Origin: Wallemia ichthyophaga EXF-994
Taxonomy: Eukaryota; Fungi; Basidiomycota
DNA length: 62,000 bases
Assembly: GCF_000400465.1 (NCBI RefSeq)
Contig: NW_008806280.1
Location: 82,001-144,000, forward strand
Direction of reading: 5' to 3'
Position numbers and translations under genes: made by a program. This document shows positions 23,599 through 34,748 of this stretch, piece by piece (position 1 is the stretch's first letter; every line of letters starts with the position of its first letter). The notes under the pieces are model-generated. The model did no database searches. It was not told the origin of the DNA and saw only the letters and a list, made by a program, of their open reading frames with translations.

Positions 23599-24506
23599 TC
23601 AAAATCCACCCAGCTCCCTCTCTAGCTCTGCCAATGCTTCGTTCTCCAGTGCATCCCTGTCTGCGTCCATCCCGCCCAGTTCATCATCTGGCGGTATGTC
23701 GTCTGGAATGTCATCGTGCGTGTCAGCCTTGTTACGCGGTGGCGGTGGCGGTGGTGATCGCGGTGGCGATGGCGATCTAAATAGGGCATCTTGTTGGTGC
23801 TTCTCTGATGCATTCTCATTGTCGTGTACCTTGTCGTGATCGTTCTCTCCCTCCCGCTCCAGCTCCACACCATCCACACCACCGACACCACCGACACCAC
23901 CGACACCCATTTCACCCCTTCTCAAAGCATCCTTCCACCCCTTTAAAGCAGCCTCCATACGACGCTGATGGCAAATCTTCTCCGTGCGTTCTACGACATC
24001 GCCGAACTGCAATTTAGGGAAAAGTTTATGTGTCCAAAGGTGGTATCTGGCGAGCAGCCTACGCAAATCGGCCCATTCGTGCCCCTTACCTGCGAATTTC
24101 CAGTGAGCGCTATCGTGCATGAGCGCAGGTAAACCGTGTGTGCCGAGGAGTCTGTTCGTTGGTGAGTGAGTCACTCAGACAGTACTCCCACTCCCACTCA
24201 CCTCTCTGCATCTATCTTGGCCACCACGCGTCTAGGTTTGCCTTGAACCGCGCCGTCGTCGTCGTCTTCTCCCCCGGCCGGCTGCTTGGCTGTGGCGAGG
24301 TCGTCGCCTATCGACTCGAATATATCGTCGACTGTTTGCTTGTGTGCGCTGTGGTCGTCGTGTGCTCTTTCATCCTCTCGATCGTTATCCACCTGTGTAT
24401 GCGTGCGCTTACGCGTGCTCGCCGGCGCAACAACGCGCTCCTCGGACATTTCGCGTGCAGGTCTGCGAGTCAGGTTAGGCGGTGCGTCAAAGTCGATGAA
24501 AGACAT
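23599..24506 (-). CDS. CSM3: Csm3/Swi3/Tipin replication fork protection protein, one intron near 24150-24200
   Basis: Motifs VAKIDAERLLGTHGLPAL, GKGHEWADLRRLL..YHLWTHKLFPKLQFGDVVERTEK. Confidence 0.9.
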
Positions 24507-24565
24507 GATCGTGTGTGTAGTGTGTAGTGTGTTGGGAGTGAACGGTGAACACACCACGCACACCA

Positions 24566-25132
24566 ATGAACACGGCGAAACTCAAGCAATTCGGTGAAGA
24601 GCAGTGGCGCGGGAAGGGCGACAAGATAAATGCGGAGCTTTTCGTGATGACTTATGGGGCACTGGTGAAGCAGCTGTGGGAGGACTACGAGGATATTGGC
24701 GCGGTTAATAGCGCACTGGATCGAATGGGATATGGAATTGGTGTGCGTCTGATTGAGGAGTTTCTCGCAAAACATAGCCCGGGTTTGGCTAAATGTAGGG
24801 TCTTCGCTGAGACAGCTGACGTTGTGGCTAGCGTGGGGTTCAAGGTCTTCCTGAATGCTAGCGTTGGAGTGTCGCATATCACCCACGATGAATACTCGCT
24901 CACTCTTCTCGATAATCCGCTTAATCAGTTCGTTGCCCTCCCCGATTCAGCTGTCGAGAAAGGCCTCCTTTACAGCAACATACTCGCAGGTTGCGTTCGA
25001 GGTGCGCTTGAAATGGTTAATATGCACACCGCTGTTACTTTCACAGAGGATGAACTACTCGGCCACCAACACACCACTATCAACGTTAAATTACTCAATT
25101 ATATCGATGAACATGTACCAGATGATGAATAA
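24566..25132 (+). CDS. BET3: TRAPP subunit Bet3 (TRAPPC3)
   Basis: Motifs KINAELFVMTYGALV, LDRMGYGIGVRLIEEFLAK, the conserved C in KCRVFAETAD, and LLYSNILAGCVRGALEMV. Confidence 0.95.
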   Translation: MNTAKLKQFGEEQWRGKGDKINAELFVMTYGALVKQLWEDYEDIGAVNSALDRMGYGIGVRLIEEFLAKHSPGLAKCRVFAETADVVASVGFKVFLNASVGVSHITHDEYSLTLLDNPLNQFVALPDSAVEKGLLYSNILAGCVRGALEMVNMHTAVTFTEDELLGHQHTTINVKLLNYIDEHVPDDE

Positions 25133-25156
25133 ATGAATAAATGAATAAATGAATAT
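25125..25156 (+). repeat. ATGAATAA x3 plus ATGAATAT octamer repeat overlapping the BET3 stop; creates three AATAAA hexamers
   Basis: Seen directly in the sequence, in the convergent BET3/G-gamma 3' region. Confidence 0.8.
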
Positions 25157-25204
25157 AGAAATGAATTTATACCTTGGATATAAGATTGGATATATGGTTT
25201 GCAT

Positions 25205-25500
25205 TTAAACAACCACACAACATCCACCGCCTTGTGGTGCGTATGGGTCTTCTTTCTTATCGACAGGGCCCCAGACAGAGGGGATCTGAGGGGAGTGTGT
25301 TAGTGTGACTGTCATGAACTACAGCCTCCATAACTTACCAAATAATCCTTGGTGGAATTACAAAACCTAATTAATCCCTGACTCGCTTCGCTGACATTGA
25401 TCCGTGGACGCGCATAATCATCTTTAAGTCTCTGGTTGTGTTCGTTGAGGCGTCTAAGCTTTAATTCGCTCATACTTTGCTTGTGAGGTCTGCCTGTCAT
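25205..25500 (-). CDS. STE18: Heterotrimeric G-protein gamma subunit, two exons
   Basis: [43 protein letters not shown], then an intron (GTAAGT..CTAAC..CTCAG), then [26 protein letters not shown] ending in a CC-aaX motif. Confidence 0.93.
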
Positions 25501-25584
25501 GACTTGATCACTCGAGTATTTAGGTGGCTCGTGGTGGCTGTTGTAATGAAACCAACGTGTATTCGAATACATTTGTCTAGACGC

Positions 25585-26388
25585 TTACATCTTCTTATAA
25601 GCCTTGTAGAGCATGCCACTCAACTCGGTCTGCTCAACTTCTTTCACTTTGCGCTCTCTCTTGAGCAACGCCTTTACCTCAGCCAACTCATCACGTAGAC
25701 TAGCAATGGTATTGTGCAACGAGGCTATTTCATTAACCTGTTTGCTGAAATGGTCAACGAGTATTTCTTCGCTGCTGTTGCGTCTGCGAGTGGGTTGAGC
25801 GGGTTTAGTGGGTTTTGTTGGGGTATTGATAGCATCAAAGAAATCTGATGAGTTTGATGGATTAGGAGAGTGCCTTAAGTGCCTTGATTGGTGTGTTTTT
25901 CTTGCCTTCTTTGGTGGCTGTGGCTGTAGCTGTGGCTGTGATGTGGACTGGCTATTGAGACATTTGGTGGGTGTGGCTGGAATATCCCACTCGCTTTGAT
26001 GTTTTCTTTTGTTTGTGCGTTGACCACCATCTACAATACTACCTCCCCCACTCGGGATATCAAACTCGGCGAGAACGTCGTCGTTGGTGTTAGTTGACCA
26101 GCTGCCCTTATTGTATTGATCATTTGCCATGATACAAGCTTGAATTATGTGTCTGCGGTTTGTTGTGCTCTGTACCTCGTCCAAGTGGCTATCAACGCAT
26201 TTCTCGAAATCAGCGAGCCAAAAGAAATACTGGCAATTGTCACTATCGCCAATTGAGCACCTATAAAACAACTCCTGTGGATGCCTTTGTGTATTGGCTC
26301 TAAGGAGAAGTACACGCTTATCGTGATTACAGAGCGGCCAACCGAGTTTATCTGTATGATTTATAGCCTGTAGCAATTTAATAGCCAT
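25585..26388 (-). CDS. Stand-alone GRF-type zinc-finger protein with C-terminal coiled coil (267 aa)
   Basis: N-terminal PLCNH..x..FYRC..DNCQYFFW, a disordered basic middle with TP/SP sites and the C-terminal heptads IASLHNTIASLRDELAEVKALL. Confidence 0.7.
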   Translation of the reverse strand: MAIKLLQAINHTDKLGWPLCNHDKRVLLLRANTQRHPQELFYRCSIGDSDNCQYFFWLADFEKCVDSHLDEVQSTTNRRHIIQACIMANDQYNKGSWSTNTNDDVLAEFDIPSGGGSIVDGGQRTNKRKHQSEWDIPATPTKCLNSQSTSQPQLQPQPPKKARKTHQSRHLRHSPNPSNSSDFFDAINTPTKPTKPAQPTRRRNSSEEILVDHFSKQVNEIASLHNTIASLRDELAEVKALLKRERKVKEVEQTELSGMLYKAYKKM

Positions 26389-26455
26389 GAATGAATATTT
26401 TAAGTATCCCGGTTATCATCGCTGTTGGCTGCCAACCACCAGCACCAACACCACC

Positions 26456-26893
26456 ATGGAAGCAGCCAGCCATACACGCAAGCAGCGTCTGGAAGCCTTG
26501 AATAATAGAACACACGGCACCGGCGAGCACATAGTTAAATTCAGAAACTACGATCCAACGAGTAGAGAGGTAAAGAAGGGCGATAACAGCCAGACCTCCG
26601 TCGACACAGTCGAATCCGCTGTCACTGGTTTAGTTGATTCTATCCTCGATAAAGATGAGGAGCTGCGTAATGAGGATTTGGATATCTTCAATATCGCACC
26701 AAAGAGACCAAACTGGGATATGAGGAGGCAATTGACCAATAAGATGTCTCTATTGAATAAGGCTGATCAGCTAGCTATCAATACACTGTTACGCAATAGA
26801 CTTTCTAATCCCAACGACAATAACGTAAACAACGGTGCTGCTTTAGCCAGTGCCTCAAACAAACTCATCCATTACTCAGACCAAGATGATTGA
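26456..26893 (+). CDS. cwf18: Cwf18/Cwc18 (CCDC12) splicing factor
   Basis: Motifs MEAASHTRKQRLEAL, KFRNYDP and DIFNIAPKRPNWDMRR. Confidence 0.92.
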   Translation: MEAASHTRKQRLEALNNRTHGTGEHIVKFRNYDPTSREVKKGDNSQTSVDTVESAVTGLVDSILDKDEELRNEDLDIFNIAPKRPNWDMRRQLTNKMSLLNKADQLAINTLLRNRLSNPNDNNVNNGAALASASNKLIHYSDQDD

Positions 26894-26935
26894 TACGCGC
26901 ATTCTAACAATTCTAGCAATATATTTATTCTTTAC

Positions 26936-29299
26936 TTACATAGCCTGTCGACGTGACGTCATTTCTATCGACTGTATCACATCACCTGCTTTCATATCCT
27001 GAAAGTTTTCAAATCCCAATCCACACTCTAATCCTTTACCTGCGTGGTTGATATCCTTCTTGTGATGTTTGAAAGTATCCAATCTACCCGTATACACTGT
27101 CTCACCACCTCTGATCACTCTCACACTCCCCTGTCTTGTGATATTTCCATTCCCTACTCTGACTCCAGCCACCCGCTTGAATGTACGACCTTTGACGTTG
27201 ATATCGAACAACTCCACCACGCTAGCCTCACCCAGTACTCTCATTTCCGTTATCGGTGGGAGTAGTTCACTGACGCGTACCTTCATTTGATCTAGCAATC
27301 GGTATATTACCCCATCCACCGTCAGCTGTACATTCGACATGGCTGCTGTGTTCATTATACTGCGTGTGGCTTTAACGTTGAATCCTACGATAGATGCTGA
27401 TGTGTGTGTTAACATTTCTACCTCGTTTCAATGACGCTAGCGATAACAATAACGCTAACACTCCAACCCACCTTCACCTGCCACTGCTCGCGTTATATCC
27501 GAATCACTTATATCACCCACCCCACTCGCAACGACTTTGACACGCGCGTGTTCGTTGCCGATATCTTCCAACGCCGCTACGAATGCCTCCACTGTGCCGC
27601 TGACGTCACCCTTGACAACGACATTGAGGTATTTAGTGGGTGTTTGTGCAGTATCTTGGGCGTTCTCCGCGTTATCATCGTGGCTAATTCCATGGGTGGT
27701 TTCGTTAGCATTCTCTCTCAGCTCACGATGAGCGAGGCGCTTATCGTTGATAACCTCGAGCTCGGCCATAGTTTTGAGGCGGTGCATAGCATCCACACGA
27801 TTAGATACAGCCCGTTTAGCCTCATCTTCGCCGGTAGCTTCGAGGACCTCATCGCCCGCTTTAGGCAGGTCCTTCCACCCAGCGACGACAACGGGAAGGC
27901 CAACCTGAGCGCTCTTGACAGTTTCCCTCTTATCGCTCTCCATCTGTCTCACTTTACACCACGTCGCGCCACCCACAACGCACGCGCCTGCTTGGAGTAC
28001 GCCACGCGTGACGAGCACAGTAGCGAGATTACCCCGCCCTTTATCGACGCGGCTCTCCAACACCACACCGTGAGCGCGGCCCGTCATCTCCGAACGCAAA
28101 TCCTGCATTTCGCTCAGTGCGGCAATCGTATCAGTCAGCTCGGCCATTCCACGCCCACTGCGAGCTGATACTAACACGGCTGGCGTCTCGCCACCGAACT
28201 CCTCCAGCGTGACTCCATTCGCGAGGAGATCATACTTGATCGCTGTCGTATCTACACCTGCCTTGTCGCATTTGGTGATGGCTACGATCACACCGAGGTT
28301 GGAGCGCGTGCATAACTCAATCACCTCCTTTGTCTGCGGCATCACTCCGTCGTCCGCGGCTACCACAACCACCGCTATGTCCGTCACACTCGCACCGCGT
28401 GCGCGCATGTTTGTAAAAGCTGCATGGCCAGGTGTATCGAGGAAAGTGATGCTGTTGGGTGAGTCTGTTGTCGGTGTGGTGGTGCTGCCACTACTGCCGC
28501 TGCTGTTCGTGTTGGTGCTCAAGCTCGACACAGCCACGGAAAAGGCACCTATGTGCTGGGTAATGCCACCCGCTTCCGAGGGTGCAACAGCTGCAGATCT
28601 GAGCCTATCGAGCAGGGTAGTCTTGCCGTGATCTACGTGACCCATAATAGTGACGACGGGTGGACGCAGAGGGAGAGAGTCGGGTTCAGAATGTGGTGGG
28701 GAAGGGTACAGGTCGAATGCCCTCTCCTCATTCTGCACAGGTTCCAAACCACACTCCATAGCGAGGAGAGACGCGTCTTCAGATACGAGCACCCTGTCGT
28801 ATTGCATATTGTCCAGCCCGGAATGTATCATTATCCGCTGTAGCTTGTCGAGGCGCATGTTGAATAGCCTGCTTAGGTTCGCTACGGATATGAATGCTGG
28901 GATGAATACTTGACGTTTGGCGGGTGCTGGTGCTTTATTGGGTGGTTTGGATGTGTTCTTCTTCTCCTTGGACTTGGTCGGCGCGTGTGCTGCCTGCTTC
29001 GACTTTGTCTTCTTCCAAGCCGATGGGTCTACATCGCCACTCAGCAGCGAACTCCTGCCGGATTTCTTCTTGTTCGCTGGTATTGGTTGGGTTTTGGTTT
29101 GTGGAGAGGTGGTATTGGGATTGCTAGTGGGATTACTAGTAGGATTACTAGTAGCCTTGCGAGTGTCCTTGCCATTGGCCTTGCTTGTAACCTCAGGAAC
29201 TTTGAAATCAACCGGCCTAGCCCATTTATTGTGGAAAATAGAAGCTGTGTTTATATTTCTATGGCTATTTACCAGCACTCTCCTTCGCAGCACCCACAT
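26936..29299 (-). CDS. IFM1: Mitochondrial translation initiation factor IF-2, intron near 27415-27470
   Basis: Motifs RPPVVTIMGHVDHGKTTLLD, EAGGITQHIGAF, FLDTPGHAAF, VVAADDGVMPQT and GLECGL. Arg-rich presequence MWVLRRRVLVNSHRN. Confidence 0.96.
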
Positions 29300-29331
29300 G
29301 ACGGTCACAGACAAAGAGATTAAATTTACAC

Positions 29332-30809
29332 TTAAGACATTGTAACATCTACAATTATCGTAGCCAAACCGAGTATTATCTCAACCACTATCAGCCATAT
29401 CACGATCCTCTCGAGTCCTTCTGAGTGTCTGCTATACACGCTCTCTTTGAGCAGCCTGAGCAGATCCTGGAGAACTACAACACGCGTTATTTTGGTTATA
29501 CTTGTTGATATATATATTCACCCACCTTCCACTCGCGCATTCAACAGATCTATCCTCTGCCTCACCTCCAGATACTGCCTGAACGCAAGGTACAGCGGCT
29601 CTAGATCGGGATATGTCCAGAACAGCTCTGGACTATCCAAAACTGATCCAACCACGTTGATATTCATCCGCAGTATGAATAATTGTCCCTGTATTCTCAC
29701 TTAGTATTCCCTCATGAAAATATTCAAAACACCCTCACTATCTGCATCATTATCACTTTCCTAGGCATACCTATCTTTCCCGACGCTGCAATGTCCTGTG
29801 GTATATCCTTTGTCTGTTCAATTGTCGCCGATATCAGTTCCTCGAAGAGTGATATTTTCACGCTCTGTGCTAGTGCATGAGACAGTGCCAATTTGGTCCT
29901 ACAGATTGTTAAAAGGTTTATTTAGCAACTTGAGACCCACATAAATGATGATCCACGTAGCAAGGCAATCACATCATGGAAAATACGCGTATAATCGGCG
30001 TAGTAGAAGTTGAGATCCTCCATCTCGACATCCTCAGCAGCCAGTTTATCCACCTCGAAGCGTTTCAGCATAGAAAGTACTCGCCTCTCCATCGCCTCCT
30101 CCATGCCCCACATGACGACGACGCCCGTCTCGGAAAAGAAGAAGACGTCTGGGGTGTGTGCGCCGAGTTGGAAGCGCTGATAACGCGATGTTTTCCGATC
30201 GACGAGTTCTGGCACGCCGAGCAAGTCGGCTTCTGCGTCAGTGTGTGAGTGTGAGTGCGTGCTTGCGTTTGCGTGGGTGTGAGGCACGTAAGGCGTGTAA
30301 ATCACGTCATCGAACACTCTGGGATCGGTAGCGTGAGTGTATCGTCTAGATTCGAGATGTTTGAGTAGTTCTGGCTGACGATATGAGCTAGCAGTGCAAT
30401 AAGCCGTGACGCCTGCATTGGGATATTGTGAGCAAAGATGCGCAACTCTCTCCACCATATTCTACGTACGCGGCAACCTCTCTTTCTCCTTCTTGGTGAG
30501 CAGTCTCGCGTCTTTGCGCGGTGCACCTGCAGGTATCCTCGCTATCTGCTGGTAGACCTCGGGGGCAGGCGTGGCCAAGTCGTCGTCATCGTAGTTGTCC
30601 TCCTCCTCGTCATCCTCCTCATCGTCGTCGTCGTTGTCCTCCGAGTGCCTCTCGCCGTGTCCTGCCCCGCCCAGCTTCAACGACGGCTCCTCGGGCAGCA
30701 CTTTAAGCTTCTGCGACGCTTTCGTCGTCCGCTTCGCCCGCGCTTCCTGGGTCTTGGCGCCAGAGAAATGCTGGGGAAGACTTAGCTTGCGTGTGTTTGT
30801 CGGTGCCAT
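29332..30809 (-). CDS. RMD1: Rmd1-type DUF155 protein, multi-exon, C-terminal TM helix
   Basis: Motifs RTTKASQKLKVLPE, VTAYCTASSY, DVFFFSETGVVVMWGM, NINVVGSVLDSPELFW and YLEVRQRIDLLNARVE. The last exon was hand-translated as VLQDLL...LERIVIWLIVVEIILGL..MS*. Confidence 0.9.
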
Positions 30810-30847
30810 TTTGCGTTGGTGGTGATGGTGGTTGCGTCAGAACAACG

Positions 30848-32045
30848 ATGAGCGGATTATCGAGGATTCCACTGGAAAATCAACCACACGACTGCGTATT
30901 CTCGCCCAACTCGGATAACGTCTACGTCGGTCTCCTCACTGGGGAAATCAAGGGGTTCAGCTATACGGAACAAGGTTACGAGAGGAAACTGCGAGTGAGG
31001 CCGAGCAAGAAAAGCTGTCGTGGATTGGATGTGAGTGGAGACGGGAACACGCTCTACGCAGTCTCTAAGGATGGGTCGATGAGGTGGGTGTGTGTCGGTG
31101 GAAGCGAGAAGACACGACTTACACCGGCATTTCAGTCACATAGACGCAATCACCGGACAGACAGCCGCACACACGCAGAAGGCACACGGCGAGCCCATCA
31201 GTAGGGTCAAACTGACCATGCCAAACCTCCTCGCTACTGGCGACGACGAAGGCGTAGTGAAGCTATGGGACACGCGCAAACCCGAGCCACTGCGAGCATA
31301 CACGCACCACTTCGACTATATCTCAGATTTCCACTATGAAGATGCTGATAGAAAACTACTCTCTTCTTCAGCTGATGGAACACTGAGCGTTATTGACGTG
31401 CGCAATAACAAACCAGAGCCTGTGGGGCATAGCGAGGATCAGGAGGATGAGCTGCTCTCTATTGCCCCACTCGCAGGTACATCCAAGTACGCCGTCGGTA
31501 CACAGCTGGGTGTCCTCTCCATATTTAATAGCAAGCAGGGCTGGGGAGACTGTGTGGATCGGATACCAGGTCATCCTCAGTCTATTGACGCTCTCGTTAG
31601 CTTGGGCCAGTCTATTCTTGCTACTGGCTCGTCTGATGGTCTAATTCGCGTCATGAGCGTCTTGCCAACCAAATTCATGGGCGTTATTGGCGATCATGGA
31701 GAGTTTCCAATCGAGAGAATGAAACTTAGCGGCGATGGCAAGTGGCTCGCGTCCATGTCGCATAATGAAGAACTCATGATGACTAGAGTCGATGATATGT
31801 TTGAGGATAGCGATGGTGAGGATGACAAGGAGGATATGGAGGGAGTAGAGGGTGTTCAGAGTGGTGAAGATGCTGAAGATGCTGAGGATGCTGAGAACAC
31901 AGCCACCGCTACAGCCACCGCACCAGACTCAGACTCAGATTCAGACTCAGACACCCCACAACAACCACAGCCGATCAAGAAGAGCAAGAAGAGCAAGCAG
32001 AATAAGCAATTTATACAAGATGAAGACTTTTTCGATGGATTGTAA
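30848..32045 (+). CDS. JIP5: WD40 ribosome biogenesis protein Jip5/WDR55, intron near 31083-31136
   Basis: Motifs LRVRPSKKSCRGL, LATGDDEGVVKLWD, YTHHFDYISDF, SEDQEDELLS and WGDCVDRIPGHP, with an acidic tail ending FFDGL. Confidence 0.92.
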
Positions 32046-32080
32046 ATTTTCACTCTGTATCAGATGTATTATTGAGAAAT

Positions 32081-32184
32081 ACGCGTAGAAATGGACATAT
32101 AAATGCACATACACATAGTACATGGAGTGACGCGTCTTTAATACAGATTCTTTTGATAGCTCATCTCACCACGCGTCTCGCGAA
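32081..32184 (+). promoter_or_regulatory. Cluster of three perfect MluI cell-cycle boxes (ACGCGT) plus CGCGAA upstream of MCM7
   Basis: ACGCGT at 32081, 32130 and 32171, and CGCGAA near 32179, all within the 164-bp JIP5-MCM7 spacer. Confidence 0.7.
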
Positions 32185-32209
32185 TACCATCATCATCACC
32201 GATAACGCC

Positions 32210-34644
32210 ATGGCAACGAACCAGCCACAGATAAACATAAGCTATGATGATGAACAGAGTGAGTATGGCGTGTGTGTTATATCCCCTCTTATCACTGTCC
32301 CCAGATAAGGCAGAGGATTTCCTTGGGAAGCACAAAGCAAATGAGCGCGAGCAATCTGACGCGACGCTATTGGCTGGGATGGAAGATGTGAACATGTATG
32401 GTTCAAGCACAGCCAATCCGGGCAATCCACCCAGCGGTCTCAAATACATGGATCAGCTCGTGCGTCTTGGGCGTACACGCGCACCACTCTAACACACCCA
32501 CAGCAACGGATTTCAAACAGACTACAAGAGGAGCTCGTCATTGATCTTGAGGACGTGGCTAGTGTGAGTATTCGCCTTTCACCGCCCGCTCCACTCACTC
32601 TCAGCAGCACCAAGGCGGCCCCAGCCTCGTACATAGCATCACAAACAACACGCGCCGCTACATTGACATTTTCAGTAAAGCGGTCGACAAGCTTATGCCG
32701 CAGCCTACGCTCGACATTTCCAGCAAAGACGACGTTCTCGACACTATCGCCCACCAGCGTCGCCAGAAGCAGTCGGAGAATGAAGAATCTGGCATGCAGG
32801 GTTTCCCTGAGCAGATTATGCGTCGCTACAACCTCTACTTCAAGCCACGCAACGCTGCCCCTCTTCTCGCCGTGCGCACCATCCGCGGTGCAGACGTCGG
32901 TAAATTGGTAACCGTTAAGGCGATAGTGACGCGCGTATCGGAAGTGAAGCCATGCCTCAAGTTCAACGCATACACCTGCGACGCGTGTGGACATGAGATT
33001 TTCCAAGAAATCACCTCGAGACAATTCACTCCGATCACCGACTGTGTGTCTTCTGACTGCCAGATCAACCAGACGAAGGGATCGCTACATCAACAAACAC
33101 GTGCATGTCGCTTCATGGCGTTCCAAGAAGTCAAGGTGCAGGAAATGGCAGAACAGGTCCCTGTCGGACATATACCGCGCACAATGACCATTCATATGTA
33201 TGGGAATCTCGCTCGCACCGTTAATCCAGGTGACGTTTGCCATATCGCTGGTATTTTCCTTCCTCAGCCTTACACAGGCTTTAGGGCTATACGCGCTGGT
33301 CTCCTCCAAGACACTTACCTCGAGGCGCAGTATGTCCACCAGCTCAAAAAGCAGTACGACGAAATGGAATTGACCCCCGAGATCGAGGAAAAGATTGCTG
33401 AACTCACCCAGGATCCTTCCCTCTATTCCAAGCTTGCCAATTCGATAGCTCCAGAAATATACGGCCACGACGACGTAAAAAAAGCTCTGCTCTTGCTGCT
33501 CGTTGGTGGTGTAACTAAGGGGATGGGAGACGGGATGAAAATACGTGGAGACATTAATGTGTGTCTGATGGGTGATCCAGGTGTAGCCAAGTCGCAGCTC
33601 CTCAAGTACATATCCAAGATAGCACCTCGCGGGGTGTACACAACGGGACGCGGTTCCTCTGGAGTAGGATTGACAGCGGCGGTGATGCGCGACCCCGTCA
33701 CCGACGAGATGGTTCTTGAAGGCGGTGCACTCGTCCTAGCCGACAATGGTATCTGCTGCATCGATGAGTTCGACAAGATGGAAGAGATGGATCGTACAGC
33801 CATCCACGAAGTGATGGAGCAACAAACTATATCTATCTCAAAAGCAGGCATCACGACTACCCTTAACGCCCGCACATCAATCCTCGCAGCTGCCAACCCA
33901 CTCCTCGGACGTTACAACCCCAAGATATCCCCCGTAGACAACATCAACTTGCCCGCTGCACTGCTATCGCGTTTCGACATACTCTTCCTCATGCTCGACT
34001 CACCCAGTCGCGAGGCGGACGAGCGACTCGCGCAGCATGTCACCTACGTGCACATGCACAACCAGCATCCACAAATAGAACATGAGCCTGTAGATCCGGT
34101 GATAATGAGGCATTACATCGCTCTCGCTCGTCAGAAACGTCCTGTCGTACCCCAGGCGGTGGCTGAGTATCTCACCGGCACTTACGTTCAGTTGCGCAAG
34201 GCGCAGAAGGAGGATGAGTCCGGTTTTACTTACACCTCAGCACGTACCCTCCTTGGCGTTCTTCGTCTCTCACAGGCCCTCGCTAGGTTGCGCTTTGCTG
34301 ACGTCGTTGAGCCCGCTGATGTGGACGAGGCGCTTCGTTTACTAGACGTTTCCAAAGCCTCCCTTTACGATAGTAAGGATGGAAATCGTGCAGAGAATGA
34401 TATGTCGGCTACTTCTAAAATCTGGCGCATTATTCGCGATCTTAGACGCATTAATGCCGCTGGTAGAGAGGGCGATGGTGACGATGACCTCCTTCAACTT
34501 AATCTCCGCCAGGTTAGAGATAGAGTGCTAGCTAAGGGCTTTACAGAGGATGCGCTTATGGATACTATCAACGAGTATGAACGTCTCGATATCATTCAAA
34601 GAGTCGCTGGCGGTACTCAGATACGCTTCGTCGATGAATTGTAG
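32210..34644 (+). CDS. MCM7: DNA replication licensing factor Mcm7, several 5' introns
   Basis: Zn finger CDACG..C..C, motifs [39 protein letters not shown] and SRFD, and a C-terminal winged helix. Confidence 0.97.
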
Positions 34645-34748
34645 GAGCGCTTTGCTTCGGTGTTGTTGTAGTCATAGTTCTTGTCACAGTCACTCTGATT
34701 CGTCCAATGTAATATAAGTTATATAAATTAATCAAATTAATCTTATGT

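Noticed and set aside
27431-28168. 245-aa plus-strand ORF
   Set aside because: It is an antisense shadow of the IF2 coding sequence with no recognisable motifs.
32440-33024. 194-aa minus-strand ORF
   Set aside because: It is antisense to MCM7 and explained by codon bias.
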